Assembly (NCBI RefSeq): GCF_020745735.1
Contig: NC_083412.1
Location: 67,484,320 to 67,548,319, forward strand
Reading direction: 5' to 3'
Source of the DNA: Hemiscyllium ocellatum
Taxonomy: Eukaryota
Length of the DNA: 64,000 bases
Shown: piece by piece, positions 1 to 10,569 of the stretch
Numbering within the stretch: position 1 is the first letter of the stretch
Layout: every line of letters begins with the position of its first letter
The notes under the pieces: generated by a model
Database searches by the model: none
What the model saw: only the letters and a program-made list of their open reading frames with translations
What the model was told of the DNA's origin: nothing
Translations under genes and position numbers: made by a program

Positions 1-435
1 TTACAAGTCAGGAGTGTGATGAACTTGTGTGGTTAGAGTTGCACCCATCCAGGCAAGAAGCTTGACACCATCCAGGATAAAACAGCAGGTTTGATTGGCA
101 CATTCCTAAACATTTACTCACTCCAACTCTGACACATAGTAACTGCAGTGTGTACCATGCAGGAATTCACCAAGGCTCCTTAGATAGCACCTTCCAAACC
201 CACTTCAATCTAGGAAGCTGCAGATACATGTGATCACCATCACCTGAAGGCTCCCAAGAAAGCTACTCACTGTTCTGACTTGGAATGATAGTTGTTGTTC
301 CTTCATCGTCACTGGGTCCAAATTCCGAATCTCTACCCCTAATTGCATTGATCATGACCCTACACTGTAGCTCACCACCTTTTCAAGGATAAGAAAAGAT
401 GGGTAATAAATCCTGGCCTAACCAATATGCCCAAA
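1..435 (+). mobile_element. Degenerate 3' end of a CR1/L2-clade LINE
   Basis: Ends in gatgggtaataaatcctggcctaaccaatatgccca, a tail whose reverse complement recurs at about 460, 21500, 45545 and 61010. Confidence 0.55.
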
Positions 436-454
436 CCTACAATTAATTTAAACA

Positions 455-1060
455 AAAATGGGGAGAAGGCACTGGCTAGGGCCAATGTTTATTGCCATCC
501 CTAACTGCATTCCAAAGGATGGTAGAAAGCTACTTTCTTGAAATTATAGCAGTCCATGTGAAATAGGGTTACACACAGTGTTTTCAAAGAGTGAGTTTCA
601 GAAATTTTACCCACGGGGCGTGAACAAAACAGTGCCATAGTTCCAAGTCAAGACAATGTGTGGCTTGGTAGGGAGTGTTCAGGTTGAACTCTTCCCAAAC
701 ATCTACTGCTCTTGTCCTCCTAGGTGGTCGAGGTTACAAGTTTGGAAGTTGCTATTGAAGCAGCTATAGGTGAGCTACTGCAATCAATCAGAACGATTAT
801 ACACACTACTGTCACTGTGTGGGAGTGCATGTTGAATGTGATGGCTGGGGCTGCTGTTCACTGTCCTGGTTAGTATCAAGCTTCCCTAGTGTTGTCAAGC
901 TCCAACTATCCAGGCAAGGGGAGCGTATTCCCTCAAACTCCTGACTTGTAGATGGTGGGCAGGCTTTCGGTCACAAATTCCCTCTCTGACCTGCTCTTGT
1001 AACCACAGTATTTATAAGGTTTATCCAGTTCAGTGTCTGGTCAGTATTAAGCCCCAAGAA
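455..1060 (-). mobile_element. Degenerate 3' end of the same LINE family, tail-to-tail with the previous copy
   Basis: Reverse-complement tail (ctggctagggccaatgtttattgccatccctaactgc) followed by degenerate sequence related to 1-435. Confidence 0.55.
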
Positions 1061-1841
1061 CCTGATTGTCCCAGTTTGCTGCTTTGGAATATATTCAAGG
1101 AATTCGGAAAGAAAACTGAACCTTAGGAGAGAGTTTGAAGAGACTGGTGCTGAGCCTGGAATTTTTCACCATAGTTCATAATTGTGCTGAGATAGAGGAG
1201 AGTTATAACAGAAGCGAGAAAACTAATATGAGATGGTAAGTCACAAGGGCATATTTAAAATCTGCACTACTAATACAGAATAATTGACACAAATTGTATG
1301 TGTCTTGAATATACACTTGGTCACTATAGTACAGTATCCACATATGTTGTAACTAGGGTGTAAAACAACTTAATCCTTACAAACAAATATTTAACAGTGG
1401 TAAATGACAGCAGGCTAGTTTCCAATTTCCACTTGAATTAGTGAATTTAGCTTGGAGTTTTAGTTTAATATTAAAGAAATATTTCACAATCAAAAGGCCT
1501 ATCTTTTTGATGAGCTGATAAACCAAGGTCTCATTTGCCTATTCAGACAGATGTAAAAAATTTGATCACACTAACGGAGTTATCTTAGTATCCCATGGCC
1601 AACATTTAACCTTCAACCAACACAGACATGACATGAACAGACTAATGATGACATTTAACTTGGATCTTGTTTCATGTAAACTGATGACAATTCGTTGACT
1701 GGGAAGCGTGGTGTCGTCCTGAGGAAATGAAAGGGGCTGTAAATGAAAATCATATTTTGACAGAAGAGTATACATTTCATTCAATTCATTCAATGTTCAG
1801 CACTACCTTAGCTGGGATCAGATTTGGTAACTACTACTTAC

Positions 1842-2024
1842 AGTGGATCAACAAAGTGACTGGTGAAGAGGTTTTGGCTGATGTCTTGTTCAGGCCTTCA
1901 AAGTAAATTGCCGTACAGATAAAAGAAACTTTTCCCTCCTCCCTTCTTGACGAGTAACTCAGAGAAGATTGCACTTCATAAAAACCATTTTCATCAGTAA
2001 CTACATTATTGGTAACATTTACAT
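1842..2024 (-). CDS. ALCAM: ALCAM/CD166-like coding exon (exon 6; Ig domain 2, C-half): (D)VNVTNNVVTDENGFYEVQSSLSYSSRREEGKVSFICTAIYFEGLNKTSAKTSSPVTLLIH
   Basis: Lies within ORF 1834..2076. Acceptor ctgttttccag, donor gtaagt. 183 bp, phase 1 to 1. YEVQSSLSY...FICTAIY matches ALCAM YTMTSTLEY...FTCSVTY. Confidence 0.9.
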
Positions 2025-2235
2025 CTGGAAAACAGTAAGCAAAACATTCATTAACATTATAAAATGCACAGGTCATTCAGTCCATTAATTCCATGCTGAA
2101 TCTCTACAAGAGCAATTTAGCTAGTCTGACTTTAAACTTCCTCCATGACTCTGCAGATCATTTTCCTTCAGAGTGTAACTGGAACCCCTTTTAAAGGCTA
2201 TGATTCTGCCTCTGTCACAGTGCATAAAAATCCCA

Positions 2236-2390
2236 AAAGAACTGCAGATGCTGGAAATCAGAAATTGCAGGAAAATCTCAGCAACAAATTCTGAAGAAGG
2301 GTCACTGGACCCGAAACATTAACTATGCTTTCTCTCCAAAGATACTGCCAGACCTGCTGAGACTTTACAGCAATTTCTGTTTTGTTTCTC
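2236..2390 (+). mobile_element. Short PLE-derived fold-back element with a hammerhead motif (CTGAAGA-aGGGTCactgGACCC-GAAAC at 2291-2320)
   Basis: Inverted arms (aattgcaggaaaatctcagca / tgctgagactttacagcaatt) around a hammerhead core with a 5-bp helix II. Confidence 0.7.
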
Positions 2391-2549
2391 AGTGCATTCC
2401 ATAATAACAACTACTTCCTGTTTAAAGTCTTTTTCATCTCACCTTTCATTCATCATGTTAAACCTTTGTCCTCTGGTTCTTGATCCCTCTGTGAAGGGCA
2501 TTTCAATCAAGATTACCTTAAACACTATCAAAGCAAGATCACTGATTAG

Positions 2550-2915
2550 GACATAGGAACAGGAGTAGGCCATTTAGCCCTCCAAACTGCTCCACCATTC
2601 AACAAGATCATTGCTCGTCTGTGGTCTAACTCCATACACATGCCTTTGGCCCATCCCCTTTCATATCTTTGCTTAACAAAATTTTATTTGGCTCAAATTC
2701 AGAAGAGCTTATGCTCGAAATATTGACTCTCCTGCTCCATGGATGCTGCCAGATGGGTTGCGCTTTTCCAGCGCCACACTTTTTGACTCAAATATAAAAT
2801 TAACAACTGATCCAGCATCTGCTGTCACATGTCGAAGAGTTTCAACATCTACCACCCTCTGTTTGTAGAAGTGCTTCCTAACATTTCTCCTGAATAGTCG
2901 GGCCCCAATTCTCTC
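2550..2915 (-). mobile_element. CR1-type LINE 3' end, interrupted at 2699-2786 by a short PLE 3'-end fragment (7-bp TSD ctcaaat)
   Basis: aggaacaggagtaggccatt tail shared with the copies at 5900 and 21240. The insert carries GAGCttatGCTC-GAAA and the ggatgctgcc...ttttccagc motif. Confidence 0.6.
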
Positions 2916-3092
2916 ACTAGATTCAAAACTTATTTTTAAACAGATGTTTGCATACAAATAGGGGTTTTCAAACAGATTAATATGTCAGCAAGAGTCAGGT
3001 CATACTGGTTATCTTTATTAACCTTGCTTGGTTTGTACTGGAGTAGAAGACAATACAGTTCCTGGAATCCAGCCCCATTATATTCAAGGATG

Positions 3093-3775
3093 TTAATCTG
3101 AGTCATGGATAGTCTGAGTACAGCATGGATATGGACCCTTTGGTCCAACTCATCCATGGTGACCTGATATCCTAAATTAATCTAGCCCCCTTTGCCAGCA
3201 CTTGGCCCATATCCCTCTAAACCATTCCTATTAATATGCCCATCCAGATACCTTTTAAATGTTGTAATTCTATCAGCCTCCATCACTTTCTCTGGCAGTT
3301 CATTCCATGCACACACCACCCTCTGCATGAAAAAGCTGCCTCTTTGGTCCTTTTAAATCTTTGCCCTCTTACTTTAAAGCTATGTCCTCTAGTTTTGGAC
3401 TCCCCACCCCAGGAAAATTCCTTGACTATTTACCCTATCCATGCCCTTCATGCTTTTATAACCCTCTATAAGGTCACCCCTCAGCCTCTGATGCTCCAGG
3501 GAAAATAGCCCCAACCCATTCAGCCTGTCTATCCAGCTGAAACATTCCAACCCTGGCAACATCCTCGTAAATCTTTTCTGAACCCTTTCAAGTTTCACAA
3601 CCTCCTTCCTATAGCAGGGTGACCAGAACTGCACGCAGTATTCAATAGTGGTATAACCAATGTCCTGTACGGCTGCAACACGGCTTCCCAATGCACTTTC
3701 CAAATGGGCAAGCATATCAAATGCCTTCTTCACTATCCTATCTAACTGTGACTCTACTTTCAAGGAACCCATCTA
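3093..3775 (-). mobile_element. CR1 (HER1-like) LINE 3' fragment with RT C-terminus
   Basis: ORF 3389..3772: EYCVQFWSPCYRKEVVKLERVQKRFTRMLPGL...LGLFSLEHQRLRGDLIE is the canonical CR1 ORF2 C-terminus. Confidence 0.9.
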
Positions 3776-3847
3776 TTTGTCCAGCAACTGACAAAAAATG
3801 CAGGCCTTTGCTATCTAAAGAAAACTGGATTTTTCAACCTGAGAAGG

Positions 3848-4049
3848 ACTGCCAGATAAAGTGATGGAGGCTGATACAATTACAACATTTAAAAGGTATT
3901 TGTCTAGGTATATTAATAGGAACGGTTTAGAGGGATATGAGCCAAGTGCTGACAAAGGGGGCTAGATTAATTTAGGATATCAGGTCACCATGGATGAGTT
4001 GGACCAAAGGGTCCATATCCATGCTGTACATCTCTATAACTCAGATTAA
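3848..4049 (+). mobile_element. CR1 LINE 3' tail, inverted copy of 3093-3299
   Basis: Near-exact reverse complement of 3093-3299. Confidence 0.85.
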
Positions 4050-4370
4050 GGACAAGAAAATGGAGAGAGACATAATTAAAAGTCATACACTACTGACGTC
4101 AGAGCAGAGGTAGGAAAGAGGTACTGGCTTAGGTGCTGTGGTAGGTCAGCCACCCGAATCTCCAGTTACTATTCAGCGAAGCTTACTCTGTGCAAGGATA
4201 GGATTAGGCTGAAATCTGATGTGCTCTGTGGCCAAACAGCCGAATATCACATGCTAGTTTTGCAGAATATTTATCTAATCTGAAGGCAGCATATCTATCG
4301 GCCCCCATGAGAAATGGCATAAATGAAAAGCAACCAAAAAATGGCAAACCCATTCTAGCCACAGTCATAC

Positions 4371-4458
4371 CTGGGCTGTTGAGGTCCACATTATCATCAT
4401 TGCGCTGCCACGTAATATTGGGCATTGGGTAGGTATTGTTCACAACACACACACCAAC
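4371..4458 (-). CDS. ALCAM: ALCAM/CD166-like coding exon (exon 5; Ig domain 2, N-half): VGVCVVNNTYPMPNITWQRNDDNVDLNSP
   Basis: Lies within ORF 4204..4491. Acceptor catttacctcag, donor gtatga. 88 bp, phase 0 to 1. C...YPxxNITWxRN as in ALCAM DCISEDSYPDGNITWYRN. Confidence 0.9.
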
Positions 4459-5269
4459 CTGAGGTAAATGGAAACAAGCAAAAAAATACACTTATCAGGT
4501 TTCTGGAAACACTTCAGTAATAATATTTGACATTTGTGTTTATTAGTCATCAACATTTTCTCAACAGGAGAACTTAACTGTACAGAAATTTGTGTGGAAA
4601 CTTTTGAGACAAAGATCAATGCTCCTTGCTAACACCAGCCTTAACATAGTCTGATGGAGGTGAATGCTGGTTAATGTTAATGGATAGAGCAAACATGGTT
4701 GGAAATGCACAACTGCCCACCTGCCTGATAGGTACCAATAGGAGGTGGCACAACAGTTTTACACCAAGGTAACATGTCAAATATGTAAACTGATGCGTAA
4801 ATCCTTTTGATATTGTCTGATCCTCAACTGTAATTGAAACTTCCCGGTGTACTAATGGACATCAAACTTCTATATTAAAAACATCATTTTTTGCATTTGT
4901 TCAAAATGTGACACCATCATAAAATGTTTGTTGGCTTCTCGGTTCCATTACAACATGAGATGCCTTAAACTTACTTAAACTTACGGAATATCTTCTTTTA
5001 GAAATGTAATTATTATTTTCAGTTAATCAGTACAAATTAAGCATGTTAAAAATATCACTCAACTCACAGGATCATAATTTCTTAGGAATAGAAAATGCCA
5101 TTGATTCCAACAAGCATGAACCATTTGAGAGATCAGTGCCAGCAAACTGTCCCGCAATTCCTTTCCATTTCCAAAAATCACAGTCATATGTAACAATTTA
5201 TAGTGGTTGTTTTATTTACTTTTTTTGATGATGTTTTATTGTCAAGATTGTAGCAAGATCCTCCTTCAT

Positions 5270-5912
5270 AAGTCACTGAAAGGTGCACACACAAGTGGTG
5301 CAAGCCATAAAGTCAAATGGTACAGTAGCCTTTATTGCAGGAGAATTCAAGTCCAACAGTAAGTCCAACACTGCAATCTCACAGACGAGCCTGCATCAGG
5401 AGCCTGTGTACAGTTTTAGTCTCCTTATCTAAAGGAGAATCTACTTACCTCGGGGGAACGTAAAAAAGCTTTGTGGAAATGATCATTGGGATGGCAAGAT
5501 TGTCTTAAAAGGGGTAATGAATCGATTGGGCCTTTATTCTCTCGGATTTAGAGGAATGAGAGGTGATCTCATTGACAGAGACAAAAATCAGTACTGGATA
5601 GATGCTGCCTGGGTATCTCCCCTAGTTCGAGGATCTAGAATCAGAGAACACAGTCTCAGGACAAACAACAGGCCATTCCTGGCTGAGATGAGGAAGAATT
5701 TCTTCAGTAAAGTTTGTGATGAATCTTTGGAATTCTCTCACTGACCCAGAATACTGTGGAAGCTCAGCTAATAAGTATATTCAAGGCAGAGATCAACAGA
5801 TTTCTAACTATTATAAATATTCAGGCGTATGGAGTTAGCGTAGTAAAATGGCATTGAGGTAAAAGATTAGCCATTATCTAGTTGTAGGATGGAGCAATGG
5901 CCTACTCCTTCT
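5270..5912 (+). mobile_element. CR1-type LINE 3' fragment
   Basis: ORF 5517..5744 RLGLYSLGFRGMRGDLI...SRIREHSL...EMRKNFFS; ends in the atggcctactcct tail. Confidence 0.8.
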
Positions 5913-7354
5913 CCAATCTTCTTTACTACCATTAGTCACAAAGCTGTAAATTTGTCTTACTCCAAACCTTCCGATTTTTAACTTGTCTCTAACATTCGAT
6001 CCCTTTATAAGATGTCTCTATGACTCTATCTAGGACTACGTTACCGACTTATCCGTCTTTAAAACCTGAATTTGATCATCTTCGAGCCACTTATTTTAAC
6101 CTCACAAACAAACTCCACTTCCTTGTGATTTTCTTAGAATATTAATACCTAAAGCATAGGTTTATATTTCCTGAATCTGTTAAACCCATCTAACAATTAG
6201 TTGATCTGAAATGACAATGGTCTATACTGCATGTAAGTAATACCAGATATGACTGTCTTAATTAACAGTTGCAAAGGGATTTTATCATTTTGCTAATACA
6301 AATCATAATCTTTTATTCACCAGGCCACAACTGAGTAACTGTAAACACTGGACCATTTTATTTTTCTTCATTTTGATTGTAGAGTGAAATGCAAAAGTAG
6401 TTTTAAGACTCAGGATTGACTGTAGAAACAATCACTGCACTTTTTCAGATGTTACCGAAACTCATTCCAAGTTAGATTTACATTGCTGTTTTGTTCACAC
6501 AGTGGGTGAGGTCTGTTGCAGACGGGCTGGCACCAGGGAGTGTGTATATAGTGAAGCTCAGCCAGGATCAGATGAGCGGTGAACGGTTGTCAATGACTAT
6601 TTGCCTCCCAACAGCTTTGTGATTGGCTCGAGGTGCCTAACAATTTGTGGTTACGGAACGATACGGCCAAAACCTTTTGGATTTCTGAAAGTGGAGATGG
6701 TGTTTCTCTTCGGTTAAAAACACAGATCTCAGAAAAAAAACAGATATTTTCTCCCACCAGTTGCTGTAAGCTGTTGCTTTTAACCAATAAGTCAAATCCT
6801 TTATAATTTGTGAATCAAGAGCCCTGTGCTTTCTGTAAGGAAGTGAAAGATATCTCGAGAAGAAAGATTGAACTACAGCAAATCCAGGCAAGTAAAGGAA
6901 TCATTTTAGCTAACCCTGTGAATAGGTGCCAATGAATTGCCTTTTAAATTCTTTCCTCTGTAACACCAATGTTTTTTGTCTGTTTGTAGAGGGACTTTTC
7001 TCAGAGGGTTAGAGTTTTAACTAGTAGAGTTATACATCAATAGTTCATAGTCATTTACCTACAGCCAGAATCTGTTTATTGATCATCAATAGTGCTTCCT
7101 ATTGAGTACAGAAACCTGGTCTCTGCTTTCTGTCGACCTGGGACAAAAAAAATAGGTAAATTGGGGAATTCTATCTACGCTAATAAAATCTTTAACTTTT
7201 GTGACAACTCCAGGGGTAGTGGAGCTTGATTTCCAGTTTGCTACCCTATTGGGTCGTGACATAACACACAGAACTGCCCAGCAATTCTGCTATCCATCTG
7301 CAGCTGTCTTGCCTACATTACCAAATCACTCGTGTTTTTGTGTTTTGCATATAC

Positions 7355-7419
7355 CTTCTGCAGTACCCCTTCATTTAGGAATGCAGCCAGTTCCATTACT
7401 TCAGGAGTCAATGGTGCTT
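7355..7419 (-). CDS. ALCAM: ALCAM/CD166-like coding exon (exon 4): (K)APLTPEVMELAAFLNEGVLQK
   Basis: Not in the ORF track; found by hand. Acceptor ctgtttcatttag, donor gtatat. 65 bp, phase 1 to 0, in frame with both neighbours. Resembles ALCAM KQPSKPEIVSKALFLETEQLKK. Confidence 0.85.
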
Positions 7420-7890
7420 CTAAATGAAACAGAATTTTAAAAAAGTTAGTCATAAGCAAATTATTCAATTAATAAAAATGGGAATTATTTCGTGAAGGAA
7501 ATTTATGTTGCATTCTGAGAGACTAGATGCATTCTACCCAAAATGTGGTGACAGTAATTATCAGTTGTAGGAAAATAGCCAACAAACTAACTCAGCTAAG
7601 TAACAATAGTCTATTTTGGGACATAATGAAAGAAGATTACAGTTTACATAAAAACCTGGATGCTTCTGTGGACATAAGAACATAATCCAGATCTATAAAG
7701 GCCAAAATAAAGCTGAATTTTGTTCCTCAAAGCAAAATGAAGATTCTATTTGTCTTAACTACTTCTGGTGTTTACTGGCAGACTAGAATTAATGGGGTGA
7801 GTACAATGTGCAAATACAACAGTCCTCACTGGGAATCCTCTGCTATGTAAATAGTTACGTTATGTCAACATAATCAATTTTCTTACTTAC

Positions 7891-8110
7891 TGTAAACTTT
7901 GAGGGCAACTGGAACTTCATCTATGTCTGAACCCACCAATGTAAAGCAGGAAAACACTCTTTCATCCTTAATTCCAACATCAGTGATATTTAAGAAGAAA
8001 TTTTTATTCAAAAATATCCTGTCCTTGTATTCAGGTATATTTTTCATCTCTGTTTTGCTGTTAGATGGTGAGTATGAAAGTAGTTGCTCATTAGATGTAT
8101 CAGTTAATCT
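7891..8110 (-). CDS. ALCAM: ALCAM/CD166-like coding exon (exon 3; second half of Ig-V domain 1): RLTDTSNEQLLSYSPSNSKTEMKNIPEYKDRIFLNKNFFLNITDVGIKDERVFSCFTLVGSDIDEVPVALKVY
   Basis: Lies within ORF 7883..8143. Acceptor tctctttcag, donor gtaagt. 220 bp, phase 0 to 1. PEYKDR and DERVFSC match ALCAM VPEYKDRL and DEKRFVC. Confidence 0.9.
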
Positions 8111-8769
8111 CTGAAAGAGAGAACGAGAAATTAAGGTCAACAATATATGCCTACAAACAGTTCACTTTCTTTGGGTACTACCAGAGATTTTCAGGCAGGA
8201 AGACGGTGACATGCAGAAGTTCAACTGGCAGCATCTCAACTTGTTGCATCTCAACTTGCCATTCTCCATCTCTAGGCCTTGATGGTTAGCATCCAGGAGC
8301 ATGGACAGAAGCATCACGTGTCCTGGAGCAGAGACTTCAGCCTAATCCCTATTATGCATGGCGATGCTGTTGGGATTAGGCTGGGAGAGGCGATTAAAAT
8401 ATTGCTTGTGTATTGGTGTAGCTGAATCGTAAAGCCACATTATAAATAAGGAAACAAAAAAATGCTTATTGATCAGGTGGAAGAAACCCTGCTGAGATGT
8501 GTACTTCTTAACACCCCATTCATCTCGTGATCTTTGGATATTTGGATGAAGACTATATTTGTTGTTTCAGCCAGTGACCATAATGTTAAAGGGTTAAATA
8601 GAGCCCTTTGTGTTGGCTGACCAGGGAGCTGTCTTGCTGGGCCACATAATTATGTCATCTGTAGCATGGATGGCAGGTGATATACCCTGTAAAATACCTG
8701 ATCCCATCTGAATCCTGAAGGAACTATAACCTGTGTTTACATACGCATTAGTTTGTAAGATGGATGAAC

Positions 8770-9240
8770 AGAAGCATTCAGCTCATTGTTTCAATGCTGC
8801 TGATCAATAAGGTCATGGCTGATCTGATAATCCTTAACACTTTCCTGCCTTTGCCATACCTTTCAATTTCCTTATTGATAAACACATCTACCTCAGCTTT
8901 GAAATTGTTAATGATCCAACCTTGGCAGATCCCTGCAGTAAAAAAATTGCACACATTCCCTATCCTCAGATAGGACACTCCTTCTCAAAATTGGTGACCC
9001 TTTTTCTGCACAAGCCTTCAATGTCTGTATGTCTTTCCTTGGATAGTGAGCAGAACCATTCACAGTAATATAGTTTTTACAAGATTTCCTTGTTCCTATA
9101 CTCCAATCGCTTTGAAATAAAGGCCATAATTCCACTTGCCTTCTGCTACCCACTCAATTTGGAATCTAGCTTTTTGTGATTCATGCAGGAGGACTTCCAA
9201 ATCTATCTGTGCTGCAGTCTTTATCCATGTAAATAACATA
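8770..9240 (-). mobile_element. CR1-type LINE 3' fragment
   Basis: ORF 8778..8978 (NFF...FKAEVDVFI) and a CR1-like tail. Confidence 0.65.
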
Positions 9241-9253
9241 CAGATCCTTTATA

Positions 9254-9602
9254 TCAGGACATTTCCCCTCCCCCCGCCTTCCAGCTCAGCACCATCCTCA
9301 TGACCTGTCCTACCTGCCAATCTTCCTTCCCACCTATCCGCTCCACCCTCCTCTCCGAACTATCACCTTCATCCCCAGCCCCATTCACCTAATGTACAGT
9401 TGGCTACCTTCTCCCCAGCTCCACCCCCCTCCCAATTATCTCTCCACGCCAGAGTCTCCCTGCCTTCATTCCTGATGAAGGACTTTTGCCTGAAACAGCC
9501 CTTTTCCTGCTCTCCTCGGATGCTGCCTGACCTGCTGTGCTTTTCCAGCACCACTCTAATCTAGACTCCGATTTCCAGCATTTGCAGTCCTCACTTTTGC
9601 CT
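9254..9602 (+). mobile_element. PLE 3' end (pyrimidine-rich UTR, decayed hammerhead at 9472, full terminal tail)
   Basis: Homologous to 37250-37567. CTGATGAaggacttttgcctGAAAC; ends in gcatttgcagtcctcacttttgcc. Confidence 0.85.
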
Positions 9603-9631
9603 CTTTGGATTAACAATCTAACTATAGTATA

Positions 9632-10418
9632 TATTATAGTCCAGACAAAATCCCCTCAAACTATATCAAGGAGATGGCCTTGACTCTAACTTTTACCTTA
9701 TTCACAGGCAAGTGTAAGGCACTGCATTCCAGATGTGATTTGACTGGTCACATTACTAGGCTTTATGCAAAACACGGAGAAGAATTCTGATGAAGGGCTT
9801 ATACCCGAAATGTCAATTCCTCTGCTCCTCAGATGCTGCCTGACCTGCTGTGCTTTTTCAGCACCACACTCTCAACTTTATGCAAAATATGATTTATTCT
9901 CACCATACAGTTAAAATACAAACAAAAGGAAGAGGAATTAGTTTAACTTTAACTCTATTGGAAAGCTTACCAGATTACCAGATTATTTAACTACTAAACC
10001 ACAATTGTTCCAGTAGTGTAACATCCTGAAAACACAACCTTGGCAAAGGCAAATTCAGTAAAACAGATTGTTTCTTATGCAGTGTAGGAGAAAAGATCAT
10101 CCAGAGAATATTCTGGCAGAGTAAAAGAGAAAAGTCCAACTTTTTGCTGTGGCTGAGCGAGATTTAGTATAGCTTCCACAGCCAACTCCAAAACCCAAAC
10201 CACCAATGAAAGCTAAACTAAAACCCTGGTTCTGTGGGGGCCTGACTCTATCCATTCATGCTGCTTTTATTGTTCTATCTTTTAAAAAAAAACCCAGAGC
10301 CTCACAAGCAGTTTATTTTATGGCTTAGAAGAAACAGTTTGGCACCTCTATCTCAAAACTCCTCTTCTGAAAAACAAACAAGACAAAATACACCTCTCAA
10401 AGCCATAATATTGTCACA
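9632..10418 (-). mobile_element. Possible solo LTR (begins TGTGACAAT on the minus strand) containing a PLE mini-insert
   Basis: TG start, about 0.7 kb and LTR-like composition; no clean TSD and no second copy in the window. Confidence 0.3.
9777..9875 (+). mobile_element. About 100-bp hammerhead-only PLE insert
   Basis: CTGATGA-aGGGCttatACCC-GAAAtGTC. Flanked by a 16-bp TSD, ctttatgcaaaacacg (9761-9776) / ctttatgcaaaatatg (9876-9891). Confidence 0.8.
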
Positions 10419-10468
10419 ATACCATTAAGCCATCACCACCCCCTGCTTAAGGTCTATAAATGACTCAC

Positions 10469-10569
10469 CACTCTCCACGACACCAAGTTCAAATCACCAA
10501 ATAGTTTCGCCTCACAAGGCAGTGTTACGGTATCTCCAATCATTGCAGTCACTGTGGTCATTGCTTGTG
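10469..10569 (-). CDS. ALCAM: ALCAM/CD166-like coding exon (equivalent to exon 2; first half of Ig-V domain 1): (x)QAMTTVTAMIGDTVTLPCEAKLFGDLNLVSWRV
   Basis: Hand translation. Acceptor tctttctttacccag, donor gtgagt. 101 bp, phase 1 to 0. GDTVTLPC...W matches Ig-V B/C strands and aligns with human ALCAM YGDTIIIPC...GKWKY (recalled). Confidence 0.85.

Noticed and set aside
6590-6787. ORF segment ETPSPLSEIQKVLAV as a candidate exon 4
   Set aside because: No suitable donor; 7355-7419 fits size, phase and similarity much better.
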